Made by a program: the position numbers and the translations under genes. From Bacteroidota bacterium (GTDB lineage: Bacteria; Bacteroidota; Ignavibacteria; Kapaibacteriales; UBA2268): a stretch of DNA of 36,541 nt. Below the pieces are notes generated by a model. That model did no database searches, was not told the origin of the DNA, and worked only from the letters and a program-made list of their open reading frames with translations. The DNA is taken from NCBI GenBank assembly GCA_017428585.1, contig JAFRQN010000311.1, positions 1 through 36,541 on the forward strand, given 5' to 3'. Shown here in pieces: positions 27,554 to 36,541 of the stretch. The number at the start of each line of letters is the position of its first letter. The stretch's first letter is position 1.

Positions 27554-28136
27554 ATTTGTTTATTGTACGAATTCCCGCATAGTTGCTGGCAAAAACACCT
27601 TGCTTAAATGATTGTTTAACAACTCCTAACGATGATGAAGCATGTATCATCATATCATCACCAACATAAAGTCCTACATGATATATTTTATCATTTTTCT
27701 TAAAGAATACAAGATCACCAACACGAGGATTATTTGTAGGGAAAGAATTTAAATATTGTTCATACGATGTACGAGGAATAAATTGACCAAGTTCAACATA
27801 TACAGATTTAACAAAACCGCTGCAATCTACACCATCTCTTGTATCACCACCATATTTATACTTTACACCAATCCAACTCTCTGCTATTTTTTTTATATAA
27901 TTATCAGCATCTGAATATGTACCTGAACCCGATGGCAGTTTATCTTTTTTTAATTTTACTTGACTTTTATTTTTTTTAGTTTTGACTTGCTTTTCTGTTT
28001 TAGTTGTATCAACTGAATAATAAGAATAATATTTATAATTTAAATCACGTTTTGAAGTAAAACGGATAGATGGTTCACATGCGATCAAAAATATTATTAA
28101 TAAAAATAATGTATTCTTAACAAATTTATTATTCAT
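27552..28136 (-). CDS. NlpC/P60 (C40) family cell-wall peptidase lipoprotein
   Basis: Lipobox LIACE. Catalytic Cys context GVDCSGFVKSVY. His context IYHVGLYVGDDMMIHAS. The tracked start at 28139 is a TTG; the ATG is at 28136. Confidence 0.85.
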   Translation of the reverse strand: MNNKFVKNTLFLLIIFLIACEPSIRFTSKRDLNYKYYSYYSVDTTKTEKQVKTKKNKSQVKLKKDKLPSGSGTYSDADNYIKKIAESWIGVKYKYGGDTRDGVDCSGFVKSVYVELGQFIPRTSYEQYLNSFPTNNPRVGDLVFFKKNDKIYHVGLYVGDDMMIHASSSLGVVKQSFKQGVFASNYAGIRTINK

Positions 28137-28159
28137 CAATAGAAACTATATTAATTACA

Positions 28160-28167
28160 CAAATATA
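28160..28167 (-). promoter_or_regulatory. Candidate -7 box (minus strand TATATTTG) upstream of the NlpC/P60 gene
   Basis: The plus strand reads CAAATATA at 28160-28167, 23 nt upstream of the ATG at 28136. Confidence 0.25.
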
Positions 28168-28209
28168 CTATATGTATAATCTATCAAAAAATATACCAAA
28201 TAACATATA

Positions 28210-30741
28210 TTACATTGATGAATAAGCATCTATATCGATTTTAATAGTTACATCTTTGCTGGAATCAGTTTTATAATATCTTTCCAATGTATTATTTATT
28301 GTATTATGCAAAATTCTTCCTCCGATATCTATAGCCTTTATATCTTTGATAATAATTTGCCATCGATATTTATTGTTTAATTTTGTCAATGCTGCAGGCT
28401 GAGGAGGATAAACAATTAATGCTTTGTGTCTATCTATCAAGGAATAGAATATATTAGCACTATTTTTTAGTTTTAGTTCATTGTCTGATACAAACTCTAT
28501 TATACAAAAACGTACAAAAGGAGGAAATAAAGCATCCTGACGTTTTTGTAATTCTAACTTATAAAAATTATTAAAATCTGACTTTGCTGCATTAATTATT
28601 GCATAATTATCTAAATTATATGTTTGTATTACAACTTCTCCTAATAAATCTTGACCACGCCCAGCACGACCTGAAACTTGAGAAATTAATTGAAAAGTTC
28701 GTTCAGCAGCTCGAAAATCTGGAATATTTAATTGTACATCTGCATCAATTACACCTACTAATGAAACTCTATCAAAATCCAATCCCTTTGCCACCATTTG
28801 TGTTCCTAATAAAATATCAGTTTTCCCCTGTGCAAATGATTCCAAAATTTTTCTATAATTATCTTTTTTTTGAGTGGTATCTAAATCCAGACGATCTATT
28901 TTAGCCTCAAAACCACTTTCTAATAATATATTATTTAATGCGTCTTCAATTCTTTGTGTTCCTGAACCAAACTTTTCCAGACCTTCATGGCCGCAAGAAT
29001 CACAAAATTTTGGAACAGGTTGTGAGTATCCACAATAATGACATTTCAATTCATTAGTAACCTGATGATATGTAAGAGAAGTCGAACAATTCTTACATTG
29101 CGGAACAAAACCACAGTCTTCACATTCTAAGAAACTTGCATAACCTCGTCTATTTTGAAATAAAATAATTCCTTCGTGTTTCGATACTTTTTCCTTTATT
29201 TTATCAATAAGAATAGTAGAAAATCCATTAAAATATTGGCCTGACCTTTTCGCAGATCCAATATCAACAATCTCTACCTTAGGCAAAACAGCTTTATCAA
29301 CACGATTTTTTATTTCTAATAATTTAATTTTATTTAAATGTGTATTATAATAACTTTCTAAAGAAGGAGTAGCAGACCCTAAAACAATTGTTGCATGTTC
29401 CAGCATTGCTCTATATATCGCAGCATCCCTGCCATGATAATACGGCAATTGAGAATCCTGCTTATAAGACGTTTCATGTTCTTCATCAACAATGATTAAT
29501 CCTAAATTATCTAATGGAGTAAACAATGCTGATCTTGCACCAATAACAATTTTTGTCTTTCTATTTAAAACAGCACGCCAAGAATCATATCTTTCAGCAT
29601 CTGACATTTTACTATGAAAAACAGATATTATATTAGGGAAAATTATATTAAAACGATCTATTAATTGTGGAGTTAATGATATCTCTGGAACCAACAATAA
29701 AACTGTTTTATTTAATTCTAAAGCTTTTTTTATTGCATGAATATAAACTAAAGTTTTTCCACTGCCTGTTATTCCATGTAGTAGAAATGGAGCATATTCA
29801 TTTTTAGCAATATTTTCATTTATAATATTAACACAATTTAACTGCTCATCTGTAAGCGGCAGTTTGCTTTCATCCTTAAAAGCTAAACTTGTAGTTTGGT
29901 TGAAAACAGCACTTCGATTTATCTCTTCTTCACTTACAGTTACAAAACCTTTTTTTTCTAAACTATTGATAGCAGATACACTTTTAAATAACTTTGATAA
30001 TTCAGCTGTAGGAACAGGATTGTTTTGATAGTTATCAAACAAATATGCTAATAATTGTGATTGCTTTTGCGTTGATTTACGAAGATTTAATAAATTGATA
30101 GTTTCTGTTAATAATTCTTTATTACTAAGAAGTTTTTCAGCGATTTTAACAACTTTTTGTTTTTTTTCTTTAATCTTTACTTTATGCTCTATTTCAAATT
30201 TTATTAAATCATGATTTAATAAAAAAGTTATGTCAGATCTTATATTTTTTATATTACAATATTCTTGAATTTGTTCTATCGTAACAGATTCTTTTGCAGT
30301 TAATAATAACTGCATTATTTTTATTTGATGTGAATTTAATATTATTTTTTTTAAAGTCGTTATATCAGTATTAAAAATAAATTTAAATACAGATTTAGGC
30401 AGGATATTATTTGGAATCGCTGCTTTTATAGTCTCTCCTATTGGCGAAAAGTAATAACTTGATATCCAAATTAAAAATTTTAGCATATTTTCAGAAAATA
30501 TAGGCTTAATATCCAATATTTCTGAAACAGATTTAATTTCCGAGACATTCAGTTCTTTATTTAAATCTTCTAAATTGTTAGATTGATCTATTACAACACC
30601 CGTAAGTTCTCTTAATTTACCTTTCCCAAATGGTACATTAACTCTACAACCTTTATAATTTTCATTATTCCCAACATAAGAATATATAAAAGTTTTATGC
30701 AATGGAACAGGCAATGCAATTCTTAAATAAATTAAATCCAT
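28210..30741 (-). CDS. priA: Primosomal protein N' (replication restart helicase PriA)
   Basis: Walker A GITGSGKT, DEEH box (IIVDEEHE), Cys-rich zinc-binding insertion (CEDCGFVPQCKNCSTSLTYH...CHYCGY...CDSCGH), and motif VI SGRAGRG. Confidence 0.92.
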   Translation of the reverse strand: MDLIYLRIALPVPLHKTFIYSYVGNNENYKGCRVNVPFGKGKLRELTGVVIDQSNNLEDLNKELNVSEIKSVSEILDIKPIFSENMLKFLIWISSYYFSPIGETIKAAIPNNILPKSVFKFIFNTDITTLKKIILNSHQIKIMQLLLTAKESVTIEQIQEYCNIKNIRSDITFLLNHDLIKFEIEHKVKIKEKKQKVVKIAEKLLSNKELLTETINLLNLRKSTQKQSQLLAYLFDNYQNNPVPTAELSKLFKSVSAINSLEKKGFVTVSEEEINRSAVFNQTTSLAFKDESKLPLTDEQLNCVNIINENIAKNEYAPFLLHGITGSGKTLVYIHAIKKALELNKTVLLLVPEISLTPQLIDRFNIIFPNIISVFHSKMSDAERYDSWRAVLNRKTKIVIGARSALFTPLDNLGLIIVDEEHETSYKQDSQLPYYHGRDAAIYRAMLEHATIVLGSATPSLESYYNTHLNKIKLLEIKNRVDKAVLPKVEIVDIGSAKRSGQYFNGFSTILIDKIKEKVSKHEGIILFQNRRGYASFLECEDCGFVPQCKNCSTSLTYHQVTNELKCHYCGYSQPVPKFCDSCGHEGLEKFGSGTQRIEDALNNILLESGFEAKIDRLDLDTTQKKDNYRKILESFAQGKTDILLGTQMVAKGLDFDRVSLVGVIDADVQLNIPDFRAAERTFQLISQVSGRAGRGQDLLGEVVIQTYNLDNYAIINAAKSDFNNFYKLELQKRQDALFPPFVRFCIIEFVSDNELKLKNSANIFYSLIDRHKALIVYPPQPAALTKLNNKYRWQIIIKDIKAIDIGGRILHNTINNTLERYYKTDSSKDVTIKIDIDAYSSM

Positions 30742-30752
30742 GCTTTATTATA

Positions 30753-31529
30753 TTATTTTAACAATTTAGACAATGAAAAATTATCTATTGCATCTTTTGC
30801 AGCATGCTGAGCAGCAATTTTTTTTGATGAACCTTTTCCAGAACCAAGAAAAATATTATTTATATATACTCCTATTTGAAAAACTTTATCATGATCTGCA
30901 CCAGTTTCATCTAACAACTGATAAATAGGCGTATCAAAATTATAGGAAAGTAATAATTCTTGCAGCTGCTTTTTGTAATTCTCATCTGTTTGTACTGCCT
31001 CAGAGAAAACATTTATTATATTGCAATAAATAAAATTAGCAGCCTTGTCAAGTCCAGAGTCAATATATATAGCAGCTATAACAGCTTCTACAACATTAGC
31101 TAATATAGAATCAGTTTTTTTACTTAATAATTCTTTTTTTGCTCCATAACTCAGTATCATAAATTTTTTTATTTCAAGATTTTCAGCTACTCTTACTAAT
31201 GTTTCTCTTTTTACTAATCTGGAACGTATTTCTGTTAATTCGCCCTCTGGCTTATTCTTATATTTAGTAAATAAAAAATCTGATATTATAAATTCTAATA
31301 CTGCATCACCTAAATACTCTAATCTTTCATTCGAAATAACATCTTTTTTTATACCAGCAAAAGAACTATGCAAAAAAGCCTGCTCAAATATTTCAATATT
31401 ATTAATTCTAATGTTTAAAATAGTTTCTAATTCTTTTTTTACTTCATCATTAAAGATGTTATTTCCCTTAAAAATTTCTTTTATATTATCCTGATAATTT
31501 TGTCTAAATAAAAAACCTATATATTCCAT
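30753..31529 (-). CDS. rnc: Ribonuclease III
   Basis: RNase III signature ERLEYLGDAVLEFIISDFLF. Second acidic cluster LANVVEAVIAAIYID. C-terminal dsRBD (GSGKGSSKKIAAQHAAKDAI). Confidence 0.9.
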   Translation of the reverse strand: MEYIGFLFRQNYQDNIKEIFKGNNIFNDEVKKELETILNIRINNIEIFEQAFLHSSFAGIKKDVISNERLEYLGDAVLEFIISDFLFTKYKNKPEGELTEIRSRLVKRETLVRVAENLEIKKFMILSYGAKKELLSKKTDSILANVVEAVIAAIYIDSGLDKAANFIYCNIINVFSEAVQTDENYKKQLQELLLSYNFDTPIYQLLDETGADHDKVFQIGVYINNIFLGSGKGSSKKIAAQHAAKDAIDNFSLSKLLK

Positions 31530-31532
31530 ATT

Positions 31533-31748
31533 CTATTTTTTTTCAATTGAGTCTTTTATTTCTTTTATAGGAGATTCTATTTCTGATCCAATATCATTTA
31601 TTTGCTGCTTTAATTCAAACTGAGCATCCTTAACTTTTCGCATTCCCTTCCCTAACATTTTCATAAGCTCTGGCACTTTTTTAGGACCAAACAGCACTAT
31701 TATAGCAAGAATTATTACAACTAATTCACCACCGCCTATATCAAACAT
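31533..31748 (-). CDS. tatA: Twin-arginine translocase TatA/TatE family subunit
   Basis: 71 aa. MFDIGGGELVVIILAIIVLFGPKKVPELMKMLGKGMRKVK is the canonical TatA TM helix plus amphipathic helix. Confidence 0.85.
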   Translation of the reverse strand: MFDIGGGELVVIILAIIVLFGPKKVPELMKMLGKGMRKVKDAQFELKQQINDIGSEIESPIKEIKDSIEKK

Positions 31749-31757
31749 AATCTTCCT

Positions 31758-32921
31758 TTATATATTATTTTTATTTGTCCATTGATATTTTATAACAATA
31801 AACAGCAATGCAATAATAGTTGATACCATAAAAGCAAGGACAACCATTAAAGTTTTATGAGGTGCAGTAGGAATTTCAGGTAAATTTGGAAAATCTAACA
31901 ATTCAACTTGTGAAATATCTCTGCTTGCTTGTAACGCATCTTGATGACTTTGTGTTTCTAAATAAAGCAATACTTGTTCATATATTTTTTTATCTCTATA
32001 TAAAGCCGTATACTCCCGCATTAATTCTGGAATATCAGAGAAAGGAATAGAAAAATTATCATTTTTAAACATTCCACCTGACTGAGCTTTATCATACTGC
32101 TTTTTCAAAAAATCAACTTTTGACTGTAATTGTTTTACTATTACAGATGATGGTGAATATTCTTCTAACGCTGCTTTTAATTCTCCTTCAGCAAGCATTA
32201 ATTCAGAACCCAAAGTAACCTGTTGAGTTAAAAGAGATTTAGTTTGTTCTTCAATTTCTAATACTTTATTTTCTGATTGAAATTTTCTTAATTTTATCTC
32301 TATAGAATCCAATTTAGTTCTATATTCACTGGTAGCTTTCTCTGAATATTCTAAAGATACTTTTGCAGCAACAATTGAACGAACTTTAACTATAGAATCT
32401 AAAGCAGCAATAGCAGAATTAGCCATATCTTGAGACAATTTAGAATATTTTAATTTTTCATTGCCAAAAGTAAAAAAAGGCGATTTTACAACAGCAGCTA
32501 AATAAATTACACCACTTTTATCTATTGTAACATCTATCGATTTTTGTACTAACAATATTAGCTTTTCATGCTTTAATTTAGAATACTGCTTCCTTTTTTT
32601 CAACTTACACTTATCTATTATGTATTCAGCAACACCTCTGCTATTTATAATCTCTGCATAAACTTGACCTTGATTGGTTTGCGGAACCATACCTATAGAT
32701 AAAGCACCACCACCGCCTGAAAAGTTTTTTAGAAAAGAAGACAGTCCATTTCCACTCTCTGCTTGTCTAGGTGGAAATAGAGAAGCTTGTGATGTATACT
32801 CAACTGGCATAATAAAACTATAGACTGCAACTATACCAGTAAAGATACAAACAAAACAAATAATAAAACGTAATTTTTGTTTATATAATCCTAATATCTT
32901 TTTTAAGGATAGTTCTTCCAT
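31758..32921 (-). CDS. Wzz/GumC-like polysaccharide chain-length determinant protein (no kinase domain)
   Basis: N-terminal TM helix followed by a Wzz-like YTSQASLFPP segment, a long periplasmic coiled coil, and a C-terminal TM helix (LMVVLAFMVSTIIALLFIVI). Confidence 0.7.
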   Translation of the reverse strand: MEELSLKKILGLYKQKLRFIICFVCIFTGIVAVYSFIMPVEYTSQASLFPPRQAESGNGLSSFLKNFSGGGGALSIGMVPQTNQGQVYAEIINSRGVAEYIIDKCKLKKRKQYSKLKHEKLILLVQKSIDVTIDKSGVIYLAAVVKSPFFTFGNEKLKYSKLSQDMANSAIAALDSIVKVRSIVAAKVSLEYSEKATSEYRTKLDSIEIKLRKFQSENKVLEIEEQTKSLLTQQVTLGSELMLAEGELKAALEEYSPSSVIVKQLQSKVDFLKKQYDKAQSGGMFKNDNFSIPFSDIPELMREYTALYRDKKIYEQVLLYLETQSHQDALQASRDISQVELLDFPNLPEIPTAPHKTLMVVLAFMVSTIIALLFIVIKYQWTNKNNI

Positions 32922-32937
32922 ATTTTTCTAAATTTTG

Positions 32938-34596
32938 TTATTTAACCGTTGCAATAATAACTGCTATCATTGAAACTATAGGAGATAAAACTGTTAATAT
33001 AGTAGTAACTACCTGCATAAAGTCTATTTCCGTTTTTGGTGGAACAGATATATTATCTCCAGGTTCTAATTTATATTTTTTTGTTTTTGAAGCTAAAAAT
33101 TGTTCACCACCTCGTCTTTTATTAACAGTTGTCTCGCTTTCATCGGCACGATAAGCAAATCCTCCAGCAGCATTGATGTAATCCATATATGTAAAATCGC
33201 TGCGGTATTTTACAAAACCTGGATTTACTACCTTACCCTGAACATTAATAAACCCTGTTTTTATAGGAACAATAATTGAATCTTGTGAAATCAACGTAAT
33301 GTTATCATCAGAATGTTCATCAGCAACTATTTTTTCAAAATCAATAGACATTCCACCCTTTTTTTCTCTTACTCTGGATTGGAAATATCTAAATTCACTT
33401 TTACTCATTTCTGAAGGAATGGTACGATATAAACGTTCCATCTCTAAATCTTTTTTCTGCAGTTCTTCCTGCCTAATAAACTCTATATTAGTAATATCTG
33501 CATCCTTAGTAAATCCACCAGCTCGACGGATTAAATCACTAACTCTATCTACATCTTTTTCTATAGAATATCTACCAGGATATTTTACTTCACCTAATAT
33601 AACAGCATAGTGTATTTTTTGCCAATCTGCTTTCGTACGTACATAAACTCTATCCCCAGAATTTAACAAGAAATCATCATCATAAGACTCAGAAGATGTC
33701 ATTATATTTTTCCATTTTGTTAAATTCAATAATTGTGTATTAAGACCAGTTGGCGTCCATTGTACATATTCTACAGAATCTAATAATGCAGATTCAAAGA
33801 AACCTAATCCAAATCTAATCAAGGTTGATAAAGAATCACCATTAACAAATTCAACTTCACATGGTGCAGGAACATCTCCTTGAATTGATATTATTTGTCT
33901 TTCTGAAGCAAGAGGAACAACAATATGATCTCCACCTTCAACATACGGATTTGAATTAATATCACCTAATAAATAAAACTTCAATAAATCAACCTTACAC
34001 CTTTCATCTGTTTTATTGCGTATTAAAGTTATATTTCTAACAGATGCAGAATCTTTCAATCCACCAATACGTTCTATAATTTCAGAAACTCTATCTGTTG
34101 CAGTAGCAGGAACTACTGCTGACTTTACAGCTGGACCAGAAATATTAACTTTAAATTTGCGAATATCACTTAGAGCAACATTAAAGCTTTTATATACTCG
34201 TGATACTCTCTCTTTTATTATATCGTATGCTTCTGATAATGTTTTGCCTGATATATATACTCCGCCTATTCCGTCTATCAATAAATGTCCATCTGGAGAT
34301 ACTCTTATTTTTAGCTTGCCTGTTCGTTCTTTTGTAAGAACAGAACTTTCAAAAACAATTGTAAATTCATCTCCAGCTCCAACAATATATTTATTAGGAT
34401 CTATTTCTTTATCGATTATTCCATAGCTATCAGTTGCCAATTGTTGAGATATTTCCTTTGAAACAGTATCATAATCTTTCTTATCAATACCTGTTATTGA
34501 TTTGTAATTAATATGCGCATCCAAATAATTAGTTGTTATAACACTTAAAACAAAAACAACTAATAATATGTATTTGATTCTTTTTATTCTTTCCAT
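32938..34596 (-). CDS. Polysaccharide export protein (Wza-like, Poly_export plus SLBB repeats)
   Basis: Signal peptide. Poly_export-like YIVGAGDEFTIVF...VSPDGHLLIDGIGGVYISGKTLSE. Repeated SLBB-like units (GEVKYPGRYSI..., GKVVNPGFVKY...). C-terminal hydrophobic helix. Confidence 0.8.
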   Translation of the reverse strand: MERIKRIKYILLVVFVLSVITTNYLDAHINYKSITGIDKKDYDTVSKEISQQLATDSYGIIDKEIDPNKYIVGAGDEFTIVFESSVLTKERTGKLKIRVSPDGHLLIDGIGGVYISGKTLSEAYDIIKERVSRVYKSFNVALSDIRKFKVNISGPAVKSAVVPATATDRVSEIIERIGGLKDSASVRNITLIRNKTDERCKVDLLKFYLLGDINSNPYVEGGDHIVVPLASERQIISIQGDVPAPCEVEFVNGDSLSTLIRFGLGFFESALLDSVEYVQWTPTGLNTQLLNLTKWKNIMTSSESYDDDFLLNSGDRVYVRTKADWQKIHYAVILGEVKYPGRYSIEKDVDRVSDLIRRAGGFTKDADITNIEFIRQEELQKKDLEMERLYRTIPSEMSKSEFRYFQSRVREKKGGMSIDFEKIVADEHSDDNITLISQDSIIVPIKTGFINVQGKVVNPGFVKYRSDFTYMDYINAAGGFAYRADESETTVNKRRGGEQFLASKTKKYKLEPGDNISVPPKTEIDFMQVVTTILTVLSPIVSMIAVIIATVK

Positions 34597-34716
34597 ATTT
34601 ACAAAAATACAAAAAAATTATATATATTAATTATTCAAAAATAAAAATATATTTATGATTGTTTTCTTTTTTTTTAGTATTTTGCATAATATAATAATTA
34701 TAAATAAATAATATTT

Positions 34717-34724
34717 TAATTTTG
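34717..34724 (+). promoter_or_regulatory. Candidate -7 box TAATTTTG upstream of leuC
   Basis: TAnnTTTG match 40 nt upstream of the ATG at 34765. No clear -33 TTTG at the expected spacing. Confidence 0.25.
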
Positions 34725-34764
34725 CTATTTATCTATTTATTAATATAAAATATCAAATTAAACT

Positions 34765-36054
34765 ATGGGTCAAACAATTGTTCAAAAAATATTAGCACGT
34801 GCAGCTAATAAAACAAGTGTAGCGGTTGGAGAAGTAGTAGAACCAAAGATTGATATAGCAATGTCTCATGAAAATGGAGCATTAGTATTAAATCAATTTC
34901 TTGAAATTTATAAAGGCATAGGAGCAACTCCAAAAGTTTGGGATAATTCCCGTATTGCTATTATATTCGACCATCGTGTTCCTGCTGAAAGTAAAAAGAC
35001 AGCAACAAATCAAAAGAAATTACGTGAATTTGTAAAAGAACAAGGTATCACAAAATTTCATGATATCCGAGGAGATGAAGGTGGAATATGTCATCAAATC
35101 TTAGTAGAGAATGGATATGTTTTGCCTGGTTCTGTTGTTGTTGGTACAGATAGTCATACTACAACACACGGTGCTATGGGTGCTTTTGCGTTTGGAATTG
35201 GAGCTACAGAAATGGCTGCTGTTTGGTCATTAGGTGTTGCTTTAAATATAGAAGTCCCACCAACTATTAAAGTTGTTGTAAATGGCAAATTGCCAAAATG
35301 TATTACTTCAAAAGACCTAATTTTATATTTAATTGGTAAAATTTCTGCACAAGGTGCAAACTTTAAGGTTTTAGAATTCCATGGTGATACAATAAAAAAT
35401 ATGCCTATATCAGAAAGATTAACTCTTTCTAATATGAGTGTAGAAGCAGGTGCTACAAGTGGAATTATTCCAGCAGATGAAATGACAGAAAAATATTTAA
35501 GAGAAACTGCAAATTATACAGGTAAATTCGAACCTGTTTTAGCAGATGATGATGCAGAATATGATCAAATTATCGAAATCAATGCTGAAGAATTAGTACC
35601 TCAAATTGCTTGTCCTCATACTGTAGACAATGTTAAACCTGTTACTGATTTATTAGGATTGCATATAGATCAAGTTGTTATCGGTTCTTGTACAAACGGT
35701 CGTTTAAACGATTTAGAAATAGTTGCTAATATGCTTAAAGGCAAAAAAGTAGCAAGAGGAACAAGACTTCTTGTTTTCCCTGCATCTTATAAAATCTTAA
35801 AAGAAGCTATTAAACGAAATTATGTATTGGATTTAATTGAAGCTGGTGCAGTAGTTATGAATCCAGGTTGTGGTCCATGTCTTGGTATACATCAAGGAGC
35901 TTTAGGAGACAATGAACGAGCATTAGCAACTACAAACCGTAATTTTAAAGGCAGAATGGGAAATCCTAATTCTGAAGTTTATTTGTGTTCACCTGCAGTT
36001 GCAGCAGCATCTGCATTAAATGGATTTATCACTGATCCAAGGAGAGAAAATTAA
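34765..36054 (+). CDS. leuC: 3-isopropylmalate dehydratase large subunit, short (archaeal-like LeuC/HacA) form
   Basis: Aconitase-family motifs DIAMSHE, VVGTDSHTTTHGAMGAFAFGIGATE, GSCTNGRLNDL, NPGCGPCLG and NRNFKGRMG. 429 aa. Confidence 0.88.
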   Translation: MGQTIVQKILARAANKTSVAVGEVVEPKIDIAMSHENGALVLNQFLEIYKGIGATPKVWDNSRIAIIFDHRVPAESKKTATNQKKLREFVKEQGITKFHDIRGDEGGICHQILVENGYVLPGSVVVGTDSHTTTHGAMGAFAFGIGATEMAAVWSLGVALNIEVPPTIKVVVNGKLPKCITSKDLILYLIGKISAQGANFKVLEFHGDTIKNMPISERLTLSNMSVEAGATSGIIPADEMTEKYLRETANYTGKFEPVLADDDAEYDQIIEINAEELVPQIACPHTVDNVKPVTDLLGLHIDQVVIGSCTNGRLNDLEIVANMLKGKKVARGTRLLVFPASYKILKEAIKRNYVLDLIEAGAVVMNPGCGPCLGIHQGALGDNERALATTNRNFKGRMGNPNSEVYLCSPAVAAASALNGFITDPRREN

Positions 36055-36055
36055 T

Positions 36056-36541
36056 ATGGCAACTGTTATTTATAAACTCGGCGATGATATTTCAACTGAT
36101 ATAATCTATCCTGGTAGATATATGGCAACTGTTTTGCCTACAGAAACTCCTGCTTTCGCTTTTGATGATATCAAAGAACTAAATGAAATGCTCAAAAACA
36201 ATAATAATGATCAACAACGAGTTATTGTTTGTGGAAATAATTTTGGTTGTGGTTCTTCAAGAGAACAAGCAGCTTCTACATTAAAAGGACATAATTTAAT
36301 TATGGTAGCAAGAAACTTTGCAAGAATATTTTTGCAAAATAGTATTAATCTTGGCTTACAAACTGTTATATGCCCAACAATAGAAGCAAATGTAGGTGAT
36401 GAATTAGAAATTCAAGATGGAAAAGTATTAAATAAGACAACAGGAAAATCCTTTGATACAATTCCACTTCCTCCTGCACGCCAAGCTATTGTTAATGCAG
36501 GCGGATTAATTCCATATACTCAAAAAAGATTAAAAGAAAAA
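36056..36541 (+). CDS. leuD: 3-isopropylmalate dehydratase small subunit, short form, 3'-truncated by the window edge
   Basis: ATG at 36056, 1 nt after the leuC stop. Translation MATVIYKLGDDISTDIIYPGRY...GNNFGCGSSREQAASTLKG...ARIFLQNSINLGL shows the aconitase swivel-domain motifs. The frame stays open to nt 36541. Confidence 0.85.
   Translation, partial: MATVIYKLGDDISTDIIYPGRYMATVLPTETPAFAFDDIKELNEMLKNNNNDQQRVIVCGNNFGCGSSREQAASTLKGHNLIMVARNFARIFLQNSINLGLQTVICPTIEANVGDELEIQDGKVLNKTTGKSFDTIPLPPARQAIVNAGGLIPYTQKRLKEK

Noticed and set aside
28137-28139. TTG start for the NlpC/P60 gene
   Set aside because: An ATG follows immediately at 28134-28136 on the minus strand, so the ATG is preferred.
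33299-34426. Plus-strand ORFs 33299..33610 (103 aa) and 34016..34426 (136 aa) antisense to the Wza-like gene
   Set aside because: They are shadow frames of a strongly supported export protein. They are Ser/Ile/Leu-rich, with no start context, promoter or motif.
34602-34609. Minus-strand TAnnTTTG-like box (CAAAAATA on the plus strand) 5 nt from the Wza start codon
   Set aside because: It is too close to the ATG to be a -7 element unless the mRNA is leaderless. A second match at 34636-34643 is better placed. Both are expected by chance in DNA this AT-rich, so neither was listed as a feature.
1-36541. CRISPR arrays, transposases/IS elements, integrases, rRNA genes
   Set aside because: I saw no regularly spaced direct repeats. 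No ORF shows DDE, tyrosine- or serine-recombinase motifs, and there are no rRNA-like segments. Only one tRNA was found.

Overview
AT-rich bacterial chromosome segment, roughly 30% GC by eye. Two C-terminal type IX secretion (T9SS) sorting domains and several TTTG-N19-TAnnTTTG promoter-like motifs point to the Bacteroidota/Ignavibacteriota (FCB) group. Most of the window is housekeeping: recA (5' partial), membrane pyrophosphatase hppA, asnS, an aldehyde dehydrogenase, an OmpH/Skp chaperone, tRNA-Ser(CGA), a PpiD-like PPIase, an OPT transporter, an NlpC/P60 peptidase, a tight wza-wzz-tatA-rnc-priA minus-strand cluster, and short-form leuC/leuD (leuD 3' partial). Two very large T9SS cargo proteins are present, one transglutaminase-like and one PNGase-F-like with a LamG domain. 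The accessory part is a GC-richer type I restriction-modification cassette directly downstream of tRNA-Ser (about 14.0-21.5 kb), ordered hsdM - 91-aa ORF - hsdS - 325-aa ORF - hsdR. The best candidate for something undescribed is the very AT-rich ORF at 17376..18353. It is packed between hsdS and hsdR, the position PrrC occupies in EcoprrI. It shows DUF2971-like motifs, has no recognisable NTPase motif and has no assigned function. I found no CRISPR array, integrase, transposase or rRNA. All domain calls come from motif recognition by eye; no searches were run.
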